In this document: in pieces, positions 1 to 8,691 of the stretch | Layout of the letters: every line of letters begins with the position of its first letter | Position numbering within the stretch: position 1 is the first letter of the stretch | Source of the DNA: Paludibacteraceae bacterium | Lineage (GTDB): Bacteria > Bacteroidota > Bacteroidia > Bacteroidales > Paludibacteraceae | DNA length: 64,000 nt | Direction: 5' to 3' | NCBI GenBank assembly: GCA_017649635.1 | Contig: JAGCGM010000027.1 | Span: forward strand, 989-64,988 | Program-made: the position numbers and the translations under genes | Notes under the pieces: model-generated | What the model saw: the letters and a program-made list of their open reading frames with translations, nothing else | Told to the model about the DNA's origin: nothing | Databases searched by the model: none

Positions 1-610
1 CTGGTTTGCTGAGCTTATACTTGCCTGGCTGATGGTATTGGAAGTAAGCGGCGAGGTCGCGCGCCACACCGTAATGGGAGGTCGCGTCGATACGGTTAGG
101 GGTGATGTCCACCTCGATCACATAATCGGTCTCAACACCGTAATAGGTCTTGGCCAATGTGCCCACTGGCACGTCCGCCGGCAACTCGATGATGCCCGCA
201 TGGCTGGTACCGACACCAATCTCGTCCTCCGCGCAGAGCATTCCGTAGGAATCCACGCCACGTAGCTTGAATTTGGTGATGGTGGAACATTTGTCGCCTT
301 CGTACAACTTCGTGCCGAGGGTGGCGACGATGGTTTTGATTCCTGTACGGCAGTTGGCGGCGCCGCACACGATCTGCAGGGGCTCGCCCTGACCTATGTT
401 GACTTTCGTGACATGAAGATGGTCGGAGTCTGGATGCGCCACGCATTCCAATACCTCACCCACTACTAATCCTTCCAATCCTCCTTTGATGGATTGTATC
501 TCTTCAACTCCACCGACCTCAAGGCCTATCGAGGTTAAAACCTTTGATACTTCTTCCGGCTCTATATCAAGATTGATATACTTTTTTAACCAATTGTACG
601 AAATGTTCAT
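1..610 (-). CDS. pheT: Phenylalanine--tRNA ligase beta subunit, N-terminal part (gene continues past the left edge)
   Basis: Absent from the ORF track because it has no stop inside the window. The reverse strand from ATG (plus-strand cat 608-610) stays open to position 1. It reads MNISYNWLKKYINLDIEPEEVSKVLTSIGLEVGGVEE...VAHPDSDHLHVTKVNIGQGEPLQIVCGAANC, matching the conserved PheT N-terminus plus its OB-fold tRNA-binding domain. Confidence 0.85.
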   Translation of the reverse strand, partial: MNISYNWLKKYINLDIEPEEVSKVLTSIGLEVGGVEEIQSIKGGLEGLVVGEVLECVAHPDSDHLHVTKVNIGQGEPLQIVCGAANCRTGIKTIVATLGTKLYEGDKCSTITKFKLRGVDSYGMLCAEDEIGVGTSHAGIIELPADVPVGTLAKTYYGVETDYVIEVDITPNRIDATSHYGVARDLAAYFQYHQPGKYKLSKP

Positions 611-833
611 TACTAACAATATTTTTTCGGGTGGCTAATGCGCCTCCCTTTATTCCTGAACCGCGAATTTATAAAAATATTCTCTATTCTAAAAAGCCGA
701 TATTAAGAAATGGGGGTGGATTAAAAAAAATAAACGGACTCTTTCCCCTACGGGAGAGTGGCGTGCCGTTTCTGCAGACGAAATGCTTGGAATAAAATGC
801 GTTCGCTTCTTTTCTTGTTAAGATATTATGTTC

Positions 834-841
834 TATCTTTG
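834..841 (+). promoter_or_regulatory. Bacteroidetes-type -7 promoter box TATCTTTG (TAnnTTTG)
   Basis: Exact match to the TAnnTTTG consensus, upstream of the acyltransferase. It ends 3 nt before the ORF-track ATG at 844, so that ATG is probably untranscribed or untranslated. Confidence 0.4.
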
Positions 842-915
842 TAATGCGGAAAGAGGATAAATCCGCTTTCATTTCTATTAATTGCGAATATTCGCGAAAA
901 CTCACATTTTGTGTA

Positions 916-2082
916 ATGTCTGTTGAATCTCAAAACCACGACGCTCTTCAGTCTAAAGTCATTGATTGGATTAAATTCCCGTTGATAGTGGGGGTCGTAT
1001 TTGTCCATTTCAAAGGGATGAACGTCTCTGGAGGCGATGTGCCGATCGATCAGTTGCCTCTGTTTGAGAATGGTTTGTCGGCTTCGGTCTACAATTCTCT
1101 GAGAGTCCTTTTCTCGTACACCTTCGGTAATGTCAGTGTTCCGCTCTTCTTTTTGATTTCCGGGTTCCTCTTTTTCAAGAGCCTGAAGTCTGCGGACAAT
1201 ACATTCTCCTTTGAAACATATTTGTACAAACTGAAGAGCCGATCTAAGACGCTTCTGACACCTTATGTGTTGTGGATATCTATTAGCTTGTGCGTTTCTG
1301 TCATTATTGGCGTATTCCTTAAACACGAATACTCGTTGGCTGATTTCCTTGAGAAGAACAACTACTTCCATGTGTTTTGGGACAGTCAAAAGGGAAGTGG
1401 CCACGGCGTGAATATCCTGGGGATGGAACGTTTGCCTAATATCTATCCATTCTTGAACCCTTTTTGGTATGTCCGGGATTTGATCGTATGTGTTCTCTTT
1501 TCTCCCCTGATTTATTGGTTTGTGAGGAAGTTGAAGTTTCTTGCTGTGGTTATTCTTTGGCTTGTTGCGGAGATAAATCTATGGCCTCAAATTCCAGGAT
1601 TCCACATGGGAGGTTTCTTTTGGTTCCCTCTTGGTGCCTATTTCTCGATATTCGGGAAAAACCTTGTCGACGTATTCCGGAAGGTGAAGATCCCGAGCTA
1701 CATCCTGTCGGTCATCGTTATTTTCTTAAGACTCTATTTTTGGAATGAAACCCTTTTGCCCTTGGGTAGCGTCACAGGGTACCTAATCTTGGGAATCGCC
1801 TTTTTTAACCTTTCCGCCGATGTGGTGGAAAAAGGATTGGTTAAAATACCGAAACTCTTTTTGGAAAGCCAATTCTTCGTTTATGCGTTGCATACGATTC
1901 TCATCCAAACAAACACAAAAAAACTGTTGGATTTCATCTTGCCGTTTGATCAGTCGGTTTTATGTCTGGGAGTCAAATATTTCATGACAAACTTGCTAAC
2001 GGTGGCATTTTGTGTCTTGGCGTATTGGTTGTGTAGGTCTCTCTTCCCAAGGATTTGTTCACTTTTGACGGGTGGACGATAA
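916..2082 (+). CDS. Membrane acyltransferase family 3 (OafA/YrhL-like O-acyltransferase)
   Basis: Polytopic membrane ORF (track 844..2082). N-terminal motif DWIKFPLIVGVVFVHF and overall hydrophobic pattern fit the acyltransferase_3 family. Start moved to ATG 916 (MSVESQ...) because of the -7 box at 834-841. Confidence 0.75.
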   Translation: MSVESQNHDALQSKVIDWIKFPLIVGVVFVHFKGMNVSGGDVPIDQLPLFENGLSASVYNSLRVLFSYTFGNVSVPLFFLISGFLFFKSLKSADNTFSFETYLYKLKSRSKTLLTPYVLWISISLCVSVIIGVFLKHEYSLADFLEKNNYFHVFWDSQKGSGHGVNILGMERLPNIYPFLNPFWYVRDLIVCVLFSPLIYWFVRKLKFLAVVILWLVAEINLWPQIPGFHMGGFFWFPLGAYFSIFGKNLVDVFRKVKIPSYILSVIVIFLRLYFWNETLLPLGSVTGYLILGIAFFNLSADVVEKGLVKIPKLFLESQFFVYALHTILIQTNTKKLLDFILPFDQSVLCLGVKYFMTNLLTVAFCVLAYWLCRSLFPRICSLLTGGR

Positions 2083-2133
2083 TGTTTTTTCCTTTTTTTT
2101 CAACTAAAAAGCCATAAAAAAGCGAGAGTGCAT

Positions 2134-2141
2134 TATCTTTG
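2134..2141 (+). promoter_or_regulatory. Bacteroidetes-type -7 promoter box TATCTTTG
   Basis: Exact TAnnTTTG match. It lies inside the GTG-initiated extension of ORF 2128..2955, which argues for a downstream start. Confidence 0.4.
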
Positions 2142-2151
2142 CGAAATAAGT

Positions 2152-2955
2152 ATGATAAATATGACAAAGTTTCGGTTTTTACTGTTGGGGCTTCTGATGT
2201 CCCTGTTCTATAATGTCCAGGCGGAGGAGAATGAGTATTCCTCAGACTATTTCTATGCGAGGGAGTACCGCTATCAAGGTGACACGCTTCGCTACCGTAT
2301 CTTGTATCCGAAGGGGTATGGCGTCGAGGGACTGAAGTTCCCTCTCTTCATCTATCTTCACGGTGAGGAGGAACGTGGCAATGACAATCTGATGCAGCTG
2401 AAATATGGCGCAAGCCTATACATGAGCGAGGAGGCGCGTAATTACCAGTCGGCGGTGGTCATCATGCCTCAGTGCCCGAAGGATGATTTCTGGGCGAAAT
2501 ATGACAAGTTGGATGACGGTTCCATCGTGTTGCGTGAGAACCCGGAGCAGACGAAGAGCTGCATTATCGTGGAGAAACTGATCCAACATTTCTTGAAGAA
2601 GGAGAATGAGATCGATGCTACCCGCGTCTATTTGGTGGGCAAGGATATGGGTGCGTTCGGGGTGTTGGACCTCGCTGCCCGCAACCCTAAGCTGTATTCG
2701 GCCGTGATTGCCGTGTCGGGGGTGATCGAGCCTTCCCGTATGAAGAAGAAGAAAGTCCCTGTTCGTCTCTACCATGGGGTGGAGGATCCTGTCGTTCCGA
2801 TACAGTATGCGCGTGATTTGGAGACGGTCCTCAAGTCCAATTCCAATGGCTCCGACTTGGTGGAGTTCCAGGACACGAAGCACGACGACGCTTGGGAAAT
2901 GGCCATCAGCGCATCGGACTTCATGGAGTGGCTCTTCGAAAAGAAGAAAAAATGA
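2152..2955 (+). CDS. Secreted alpha/beta-hydrolase fold protein (esterase/peptidase-like)
   Basis: Signal peptide MTKFRFLLLGLLMSLFYNVQA. Motifs YLHGEEERGND, elbow-like LVGKDMGAFG, acid-like YHGVEDPVVP and C-terminal TKHDDAW follow the order of a dienelactone-hydrolase/esterase fold. Alternative start ATG 2161. Confidence 0.65.
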   Translation: MINMTKFRFLLLGLLMSLFYNVQAEENEYSSDYFYAREYRYQGDTLRYRILYPKGYGVEGLKFPLFIYLHGEEERGNDNLMQLKYGASLYMSEEARNYQSAVVIMPQCPKDDFWAKYDKLDDGSIVLRENPEQTKSCIIVEKLIQHFLKKENEIDATRVYLVGKDMGAFGVLDLAARNPKLYSAVIAVSGVIEPSRMKKKKVPVRLYHGVEDPVVPIQYARDLETVLKSNSNGSDLVEFQDTKHDDAWEMAISASDFMEWLFEKKKK

Positions 2956-3037
2956 AACATCCCTGCTGTTTGAGGAAAGAGGTGCTCCGATGCAGGGCCC
3001 ATTTGTATAGTATTAATTTAAAAACGTTATCCCCCGT

Positions 3038-3934
3038 ATGGTTGTATTGGCGGTTTTGCTTTTAATAAGCGCTTTGCTTATGTTTGTTGGCATGGGGATA
3101 TTGTATGTGAGTAGTAAGTATCCACTGGAAGATGATGTGGCGTGTCTGATACGTCTGCTCGTCTCGGTTATCAAGTGCGATGGGAAAGCGGATGCGGAGG
3201 AGATAGCCGCCGCCAAATCGTATATCAATTCATCGCCTCGTTGGGGAACTTATATCATCAAATATTTTGATCAGGAACTGAACGCTTCGAATGTCAAGTT
3301 CTTAGGCTATGAAAGTTCCGGAATTCCGTTGTTCTTGTTGAATAGGAAGGAAAAAGATGGTTCTGTCACCAAATATAGTCTTTCCGACCTCTCTTCCAAA
3401 GCCATTTCAAAGCTCTTCCGCAAATACTCCGAACGGATGGAATTCATGGATGCTTTGTTCCAAATCGCCTATTCCCAAGATGGTGTGAGCGATGTGGAGG
3501 TGGATGTGTTACGTGAGGTGGCGCATTATTTGTGCATCAAATCGTGGGATTTCACCGGCTTCCTGTACAAGTATGAGTACATGATGGACGAGCAACAGAA
3601 AAAGCAGAAAAAACAAGAGGAGGAACGGAAGCGCACAGAAAAGGGGAAAAGGTCGGAAGAGGGGAGAAAAGAACGTCAGAAAGCGCATGAGGCCCGTTTC
3701 AAAAACGTCACCAACACCCGTACGAGGGAGGCTCTCCAACTCTTGGAAATTACGGAGAATGCGGACGAGCAAGAGGTCAAATCCGCCTACCGCAGATTGG
3801 CGAAGAAATACCACCCGGACACGCTCTCCGCTAACGTCTCCGAAGAAGAGAGGGAAGAGGCTGCCGCACGGTTCCGCTCAATCCATGAGGCTTATGAGTT
3901 TCTGTTGTCGACAGAGATGGTCCATGCGAGATAA
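3038..3934 (+). CDS. DjlA-like membrane co-chaperone: N-terminal TM helix, TerB-like domain, K/E/Q-rich linker, C-terminal J domain
   Basis: TM segment MVVLAVLLLISALLMFVGMGILYV. TerB-like motifs VSVIKCDGKADAEEIAAAKSYI and ALFQIAYSQDGVSDVEVDVLREVAHYL. J domain ALQLLEITENADEQEVKSAYRRLAKKYHPD with the HPD tripeptide. Confidence 0.8.
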   Translation: MVVLAVLLLISALLMFVGMGILYVSSKYPLEDDVACLIRLLVSVIKCDGKADAEEIAAAKSYINSSPRWGTYIIKYFDQELNASNVKFLGYESSGIPLFLLNRKEKDGSVTKYSLSDLSSKAISKLFRKYSERMEFMDALFQIAYSQDGVSDVEVDVLREVAHYLCIKSWDFTGFLYKYEYMMDEQQKKQKKQEEERKRTEKGKRSEEGRKERQKAHEARFKNVTNTRTREALQLLEITENADEQEVKSAYRRLAKKYHPDTLSANVSEEEREEAAARFRSIHEAYEFLLSTEMVHAR

Positions 3935-3999
3935 ATAAAGGCTCTGCGTTTAACGAATGGATGGATTTTTGAATAATTGTTGATTTCAAATTAACTGTT

Positions 4000-5004
4000 A
4001 TGGAAATGATTTTATTGGCAGATGTCACTATGGATCCGATGCTCGCCTTGTTTCTTTTCATAATTCTTCCGTTTTATCTTTTCATATTGTTTTTGAGGAT
4101 TTTCGATGACATTAAAAATCTTCCTGAAAAGATTAGATGTTACCGCGATAAGATTAGCGGGTTCATCCACAATCCACGTATTCGCGTTCCCGAAAAGAAC
4201 TTGAAGTTCATCACTCTCTTTGCCGCAGTTGTCAAGTGTGACGGGAGGGTGAGACATAAAGAGATAGAATTCGTAAAAGAACATATTTTTCAGTCACCCC
4301 AATTTAATAAATATAGGGAAGAGTCCATCCGGTTTTTCGACAGCGAGATGGAAGATATCAACGTTCGTTTCATAGGCTATAAAACGACGAAGGTCCCATT
4401 CTTCATATTGGATCGGAAAAATATTAGTGGGGAGAGTATTTCGGAGAGAGTCTCGGATATATCCGCTAATCTCTTCTCGACATACCTGAACAAGTATGCC
4501 GAACGGATGGAATTCATGGATATTTTGTTCCAAATCGCTTATTCTCAGGCTGGTGTGAGCGACGAGGAAGTGAATCTCCTACGCGAGGTGGCCTATTCCC
4601 TTTACATCAGGTCATGGGACTTCACCTCCCTCCTATATAAGTACGAGTACATAAAGGAGGAAGACGAGAAACAACAAAAGAAGGAACAAAAGCGCACGGA
4701 TAACACAGGGAAGAAGAATCGGACTGAGAACGAGAAGAATGAGCAAAAGAAGACTTCCGAGAACCGCTTCAAGAGCGTCGCCAAAACCCGCAAGATGGAG
4801 GCCCTCCAACTCCTGGAGATCACGGAGAAGGCGGACGAGCAGGAGATTAAATCCGCCTACCGCAGATTGGCGAAGATATACCATCCGGACTCGCTCTCTG
4901 TCAATGCCTCCGAAGAAGAAAGGGAAGAGGCTGCCGCACGGTTCCGCTCAATCCATGAAGCTTATGAGTTTCTACTATCTCTGGAAATGGTCCGCGCTAA
5001 TTAA
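4000..5004 (+). CDS. DjlA-like membrane co-chaperone paralog 2 (TM, TerB-like, J domain)
   Basis: TM segment ALFLFIILPFYLFILFL. TerB-like motifs LFAAVVKCDGRVRHKEIEFVKEHI and ILFQIAYSQAGVSDEEVNLLREVAYSL. J domain ALQLLEITEKADEQEIKSAYRRLAKIYHPD. Confidence 0.8.
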   Translation: MEMILLADVTMDPMLALFLFIILPFYLFILFLRIFDDIKNLPEKIRCYRDKISGFIHNPRIRVPEKNLKFITLFAAVVKCDGRVRHKEIEFVKEHIFQSPQFNKYREESIRFFDSEMEDINVRFIGYKTTKVPFFILDRKNISGESISERVSDISANLFSTYLNKYAERMEFMDILFQIAYSQAGVSDEEVNLLREVAYSLYIRSWDFTSLLYKYEYIKEEDEKQQKKEQKRTDNTGKKNRTENEKNEQKKTSENRFKSVAKTRKMEALQLLEITEKADEQEIKSAYRRLAKIYHPDSLSVNASEEEREEAAARFRSIHEAYEFLLSLEMVRAN

Positions 5005-5032
5005 TCGTTGATGTTTGTAATTTATTGATTTT

Positions 5033-5950
5033 ATGTTTTTTACATTTTTGTTCGCTGCTATATTAATTGCCATTGTGGGTTACATCATCGGGTTCCCCCA
5101 AGATTCCCGTGCGTCTTTGTCGCGTATGGAGACGAAGTTCGTGGATTTGTTTGTGACTATTGCCAAATGTGATGGGAAAAATGATCCGCTGAAGATTTTG
5201 CCTATTAAATCATATATCAGCTCGTGCATTCTTTTGAAAACAAATCGGGAGAGGATTATAAAGTGTTTGAATGCAGAACTGAAAAACACGCAGGTACATT
5301 TTCTTGGGTACGAATATGAAGGACTGCCCATTTTCATCAAAAAAAGGAAAAAGTCTGATGGACAACAGGCTACAGAAAAAGTGTCGGATCTTGTGGCCTA
5401 TCTTGCGGAGAAATATATCAAAAGTTACCATGACCGGATGGACTTCCTGGATGTTTTGTTCCAAATCGCTTATTCACAGGATGGTGTGAGCGATATGGAG
5501 GTGGATTTGTTGCGTGAGGTGGCACATTATCTGCACATCAGTTCTTGGAACTTCACCACCTTCCTGTACAAGTACGAGTATCTAAAGAGGGAGCAAAGAG
5601 AGCAAGAACAACAATATCAACAATATCAACAAAAAGAGGAACAGAAGCGCTCAAGGAAGAAAAGAAAGAAGGAGAAGAGGGGAGGAAAAGGTCAGAAAGC
5701 GCATGAGACCCGTTTCGAGAATGTCACGAACACCCGCACGAAGGAGGCTCTCCAACTCCTGGAAATTACGGAGAATGCGGACGAGCAGGAGATTAAATCC
5801 GCCTACCGCAGATTGGTGAAGAGGTACCACCCAGACACGCTTCCCGCTAACGTCTCCGAAAAGGAGAGGGAGGAGGCTACCGAACGCTTCCGCTCAATCC
5901 ATGAGGCTTATGAATTTCTGTTAGAACAAGTTGTGCTCTTAAAAAAATAA
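5033..5950 (+). CDS. DjlA-like membrane co-chaperone paralog 3 (TM, TerB-like, J domain)
   Basis: TM segment MFFTFLFAAILIAIVGYIIGF. TerB-like motifs LFVTIAKCDGKNDPLKILPIKSYI and VLFQIAYSQDGVSDMEVDLLREVAHYL. J domain ALQLLEITENADEQEIKSAYRRLVKRYHPD. Confidence 0.8.
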   Translation: MFFTFLFAAILIAIVGYIIGFPQDSRASLSRMETKFVDLFVTIAKCDGKNDPLKILPIKSYISSCILLKTNRERIIKCLNAELKNTQVHFLGYEYEGLPIFIKKRKKSDGQQATEKVSDLVAYLAEKYIKSYHDRMDFLDVLFQIAYSQDGVSDMEVDLLREVAHYLHISSWNFTTFLYKYEYLKREQREQEQQYQQYQQKEEQKRSRKKRKKEKRGGKGQKAHETRFENVTNTRTKEALQLLEITENADEQEIKSAYRRLVKRYHPDTLPANVSEKEREEATERFRSIHEAYEFLLEQVVLLKK

Positions 5951-5960
5951 GGGCTTGTAA

Positions 5961-7100
5961 TTATGCGAAGAAAACATAGATGACGCTGATTAGGTATAGC
6001 AAATCCGCATAAAAATATCCTTTTACAAAATACGAGTATTCTTTGCGTGTAATAGCAACGTTATATGTGTCCGAAATGGGTTTATTGTAGTAATGGAAGG
6101 CCGTAATGAATAATATCACTATACATATGGATAGGAAGATGGCTATACCATTCGTTTTTAAGGCTATGAGCTCAACAATCGACATCAAGGCTTGAAAAGA
6201 AAGAAAAATCAATGTGAATTCAGTGTTTGATGTGCTGTTTTTGATGATGAACTTAGTATTAGTATCTGTATGGGTCTCCGTATTTTGATGGAAGATGTTG
6301 AAAACGGCCTCTGGATCGGAATAGAGTTCCGGATTTTTCTCTTTCAGATTCCTATAGAACCATTTATCTTCGGATTTCGATTCAAATGAATCTTTCAGCG
6401 TGTAAAATTCCTCCGTTGTCAGGAAATGATTCACGCAGATTCTTTTCAAATCAGTCTCTTCGCCTTTATTGATGTTGCCATCCATGTAGGCTAGTTGGAA
6501 AAGCAGGTACGAAAGGTATTTCTTTTGCTCTTCATTGAGGTAATCCACTAATGATAGGGCAATTTCATTGACATGTTCGTCGGGCAAGCTGAAGTAACCA
6601 TTGCGATTGTGTATTTCTCCATATACGGAATAATCCTTGCTCCTTTTCAAATCACGTAGCCATCCTTGGGGGTTGATGAAGGCTCGTCTTATTTTTTTTA
6701 TGTATATGTATACCTTTTCGTTGAGGTAAACAGAATGTGATGTGGTGTGCCTGAACACGAGCTTGTCTATGAGTTCGTCGGTGTTTTTGTCGAATGATGT
6801 ACGGATGTAATTGATGACAAACGCTAATTTGTTGGCGTACATCTCTTGTTTATCGCTCTGCAAAAGTTTGCACATGAGTAGGACGACCGTCCTGTTCAGT
6901 AGATTTTTATCCATTCGTGTGGCTTCGTAGAGCTTCTTTTCATCCCGTCGCTCAAACACGAATATGTTTCCTTTCACTAGAAAATACAATGCTAGTAAAG
7001 CGTATGCGACAAAAAAAAACACTTTAACACCATCGGTGTCTTTCCCGATTATGGATAAAATATTCATGTATGATAGTTGAAATAACATTGTGATATCCAT
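5961..7100 (-). CDS. Membrane protein with TerB-like repeats and no J domain
   Basis: Track ORF 5961..7250 overlaps the upstream FAD gene, so it is trimmed to ATG 7100 (MDITMLFQL...). Contains TerB-like LLMCKLLQSDKQEMYANKLAFVINYI and YLLFQLAYMDGNINKGEETDLKRICVNHF. N- and C-terminal hydrophobic helices. Noticeably AT-rich. Confidence 0.55.
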   Translation of the reverse strand: MDITMLFQLSYMNILSIIGKDTDGVKVFFFVAYALLALYFLVKGNIFVFERRDEKKLYEATRMDKNLLNRTVVLLMCKLLQSDKQEMYANKLAFVINYIRTSFDKNTDELIDKLVFRHTTSHSVYLNEKVYIYIKKIRRAFINPQGWLRDLKRSKDYSVYGEIHNRNGYFSLPDEHVNEIALSLVDYLNEEQKKYLSYLLFQLAYMDGNINKGEETDLKRICVNHFLTTEEFYTLKDSFESKSEDKWFYRNLKEKNPELYSDPEAVFNIFHQNTETHTDTNTKFIIKNSTSNTEFTLIFLSFQALMSIVELIALKTNGIAIFLSICIVILFITAFHYYNKPISDTYNVAITRKEYSYFVKGYFYADLLYLISVIYVFFA

Positions 7101-7110
7101 CTCTTCCCTG

Positions 7111-8676
7111 TTATTTTTTTTGTTCGCCGATTCTTTCCGCACACAATATTCCGTCCATGGCGGAGGAGGTGATTCCTCCCGCATAGCCGGCTCCCTCGCC
7201 GCAAGGGTAGAGCCCCTTGATCTGCACATGCTGCATCGTCTCCGGGTCACGCGGAATGCGGACGGGTGAGGAGGTGCGTGACTCCACCCCGATGATGACG
7301 GCGTCGTTCGTGAGATATCCTCTCATCTTTTTGTCGAAATCCTTGAAGCCTAGTTGCAGGCGCTCCCTGATGAATTTAGGCATCCATTTGTGCATGTCGG
7401 ATAGTACGATGCCTGGGAGATAGGAGGTCTCCGGCAGTGAAGCGGAAGGCCTTCCGTTCACGAAATCGAGCAGCCTCTGTGCGGGCGCCACCGCCATCCC
7501 GCCACCGTTCTGGTAGGAGAGCCTTTCGTACTCTTCTTGGAACTTCAAGCCAGCCAACGCTCCGAACTGCTCGTAGTCTTTGAGGTCCTCCGGCCTGATT
7601 TCCACCACGATGGCTGCGTTCGCGAAGGGTGAGTTACGGTGGGAAGGGGACATGCCGTTGACGACACATTCGCCCTCACCTGTGGAGGCGGGTACGATGA
7701 AACCTCCCGGACACATGCAGAAGGAGTATACGCCTCGTTCCTTCACTTGCGTGACGACGTTGTAGGCGGCTGAGGGAAGGTATTTTCCCCGCTCCTTGCG
7801 ATGGTATTGTATGCTGTCGATAAGCGCTTGCTTGTGCTCCACGCGGACGCCCATGGCGAACCCTTTGCACTCCATGAGGATGCCCTCTTGGTGGAGTAGG
7901 GTATAGATGTCACGTGACGAATGACCGGTGGCCAAGATGATGTTGTCGGCGAAGAATCGCTCTCCATCAGCTGTCTCCACGCCTTCCACATGGTCTCCCT
8001 TCGTCAGGATCTTGGTCATTTTTTTCTCGAAATGGATCTCCCCGCCATGTTGGAGGATGGTATCCCGCATGTTCTTGATGACGACCGGCAGACGATCCGT
8101 CCCGATGTGCGGATGCGCCTCGTAGAGTATCTCGTCCTGCGCTCCATGCTGGTGGAAGGTGAGCAGGATGCGGCTGCAATCCCCCTTCTTCTTGGAGCGG
8201 GTGAAGAGCTTGCCGTCGGAGAAGGTGCCGGCGCCGCCCTCCCCGAAACAGTAGTTGGATTCCAGGTTCAGTCCGTTGTTACGGTTGAGCTGGGCGATGT
8301 CTTTCTTACGTTCGCTCACCTCCTTGCCTCGCTCGATGATAACCGGTTTGAGCCCAAGCTCGATGAGACGAAGGGCTGCGAAAAGGCCAGCTGGCCCCGC
8401 ACCGATGATGAGTACGGGTTCACCCTTCGAGACGTCCCGGTAGTGGAACGGGTAGGTGATAGGCTCCGGTTGCGTCCCTTGGGTATAGACATTCACGCAG
8501 AGGTTGATCTTCACCTGCGTGCGGGAACGCGCGTCGATCGATTTGCGGACAATCCGCACGGTAGTCACTTGGCTGGGAGCGACGTGGATCTTCTGGGCCA
8601 CCTGCTCCTTCAGCCGAGCCTCGTCTCCCGCCTGTTCAGGCAATACGGTGAGTTGTATGTTGGGTAAAAAAGCCAT
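7111..8676 (-). CDS. FAD/NAD(P)-binding oxidoreductase (uncharacterised FAD-dependent dehydrogenase, COG2509-like)
   Basis: Dinucleotide-binding motif VLIIGAGPAGLFAALRL, then ERG....DGKL and C-terminal CGEGAGYAGGI motifs typical of this family. Confidence 0.75.
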   Translation of the reverse strand: MAFLPNIQLTVLPEQAGDEARLKEQVAQKIHVAPSQVTTVRIVRKSIDARSRTQVKINLCVNVYTQGTQPEPITYPFHYRDVSKGEPVLIIGAGPAGLFAALRLIELGLKPVIIERGKEVSERKKDIAQLNRNNGLNLESNYCFGEGGAGTFSDGKLFTRSKKKGDCSRILLTFHQHGAQDEILYEAHPHIGTDRLPVVIKNMRDTILQHGGEIHFEKKMTKILTKGDHVEGVETADGERFFADNIILATGHSSRDIYTLLHQEGILMECKGFAMGVRVEHKQALIDSIQYHRKERGKYLPSAAYNVVTQVKERGVYSFCMCPGGFIVPASTGEGECVVNGMSPSHRNSPFANAAIVVEIRPEDLKDYEQFGALAGLKFQEEYERLSYQNGGGMAVAPAQRLLDFVNGRPSASLPETSYLPGIVLSDMHKWMPKFIRERLQLGFKDFDKKMRGYLTNDAVIIGVESRTSSPVRIPRDPETMQHVQIKGLYPCGEGAGYAGGITSSAMDGILCAERIGEQKK

Positions 8677-8691
8677 TTCGATTCTACTTGT

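Noticed and set aside
844-915. N-terminal extensions given by the ORF track: 844 for the acyltransferase, GTG 2128 for the hydrolase, and TTG starts at 15032, 29274 and 47601.
   Set aside because: TAnnTTTG boxes lie at or inside the extensions at 844 and 2128. For the TTG starts, an in-frame ATG a few codons downstream gives a canonical signal peptide or family N-terminus.
7101-7250. A 5' extension of ORF 5961..7250 that overlaps the end of the FAD-protein gene.
   Set aside because: The extension (MTRRRCSMCRSRGSTLAAREPAM...) is an out-of-frame readthrough of the neighbouring gene's 3' end. The hydrophobic protein proper starts at ATG 7100 (or 7088).
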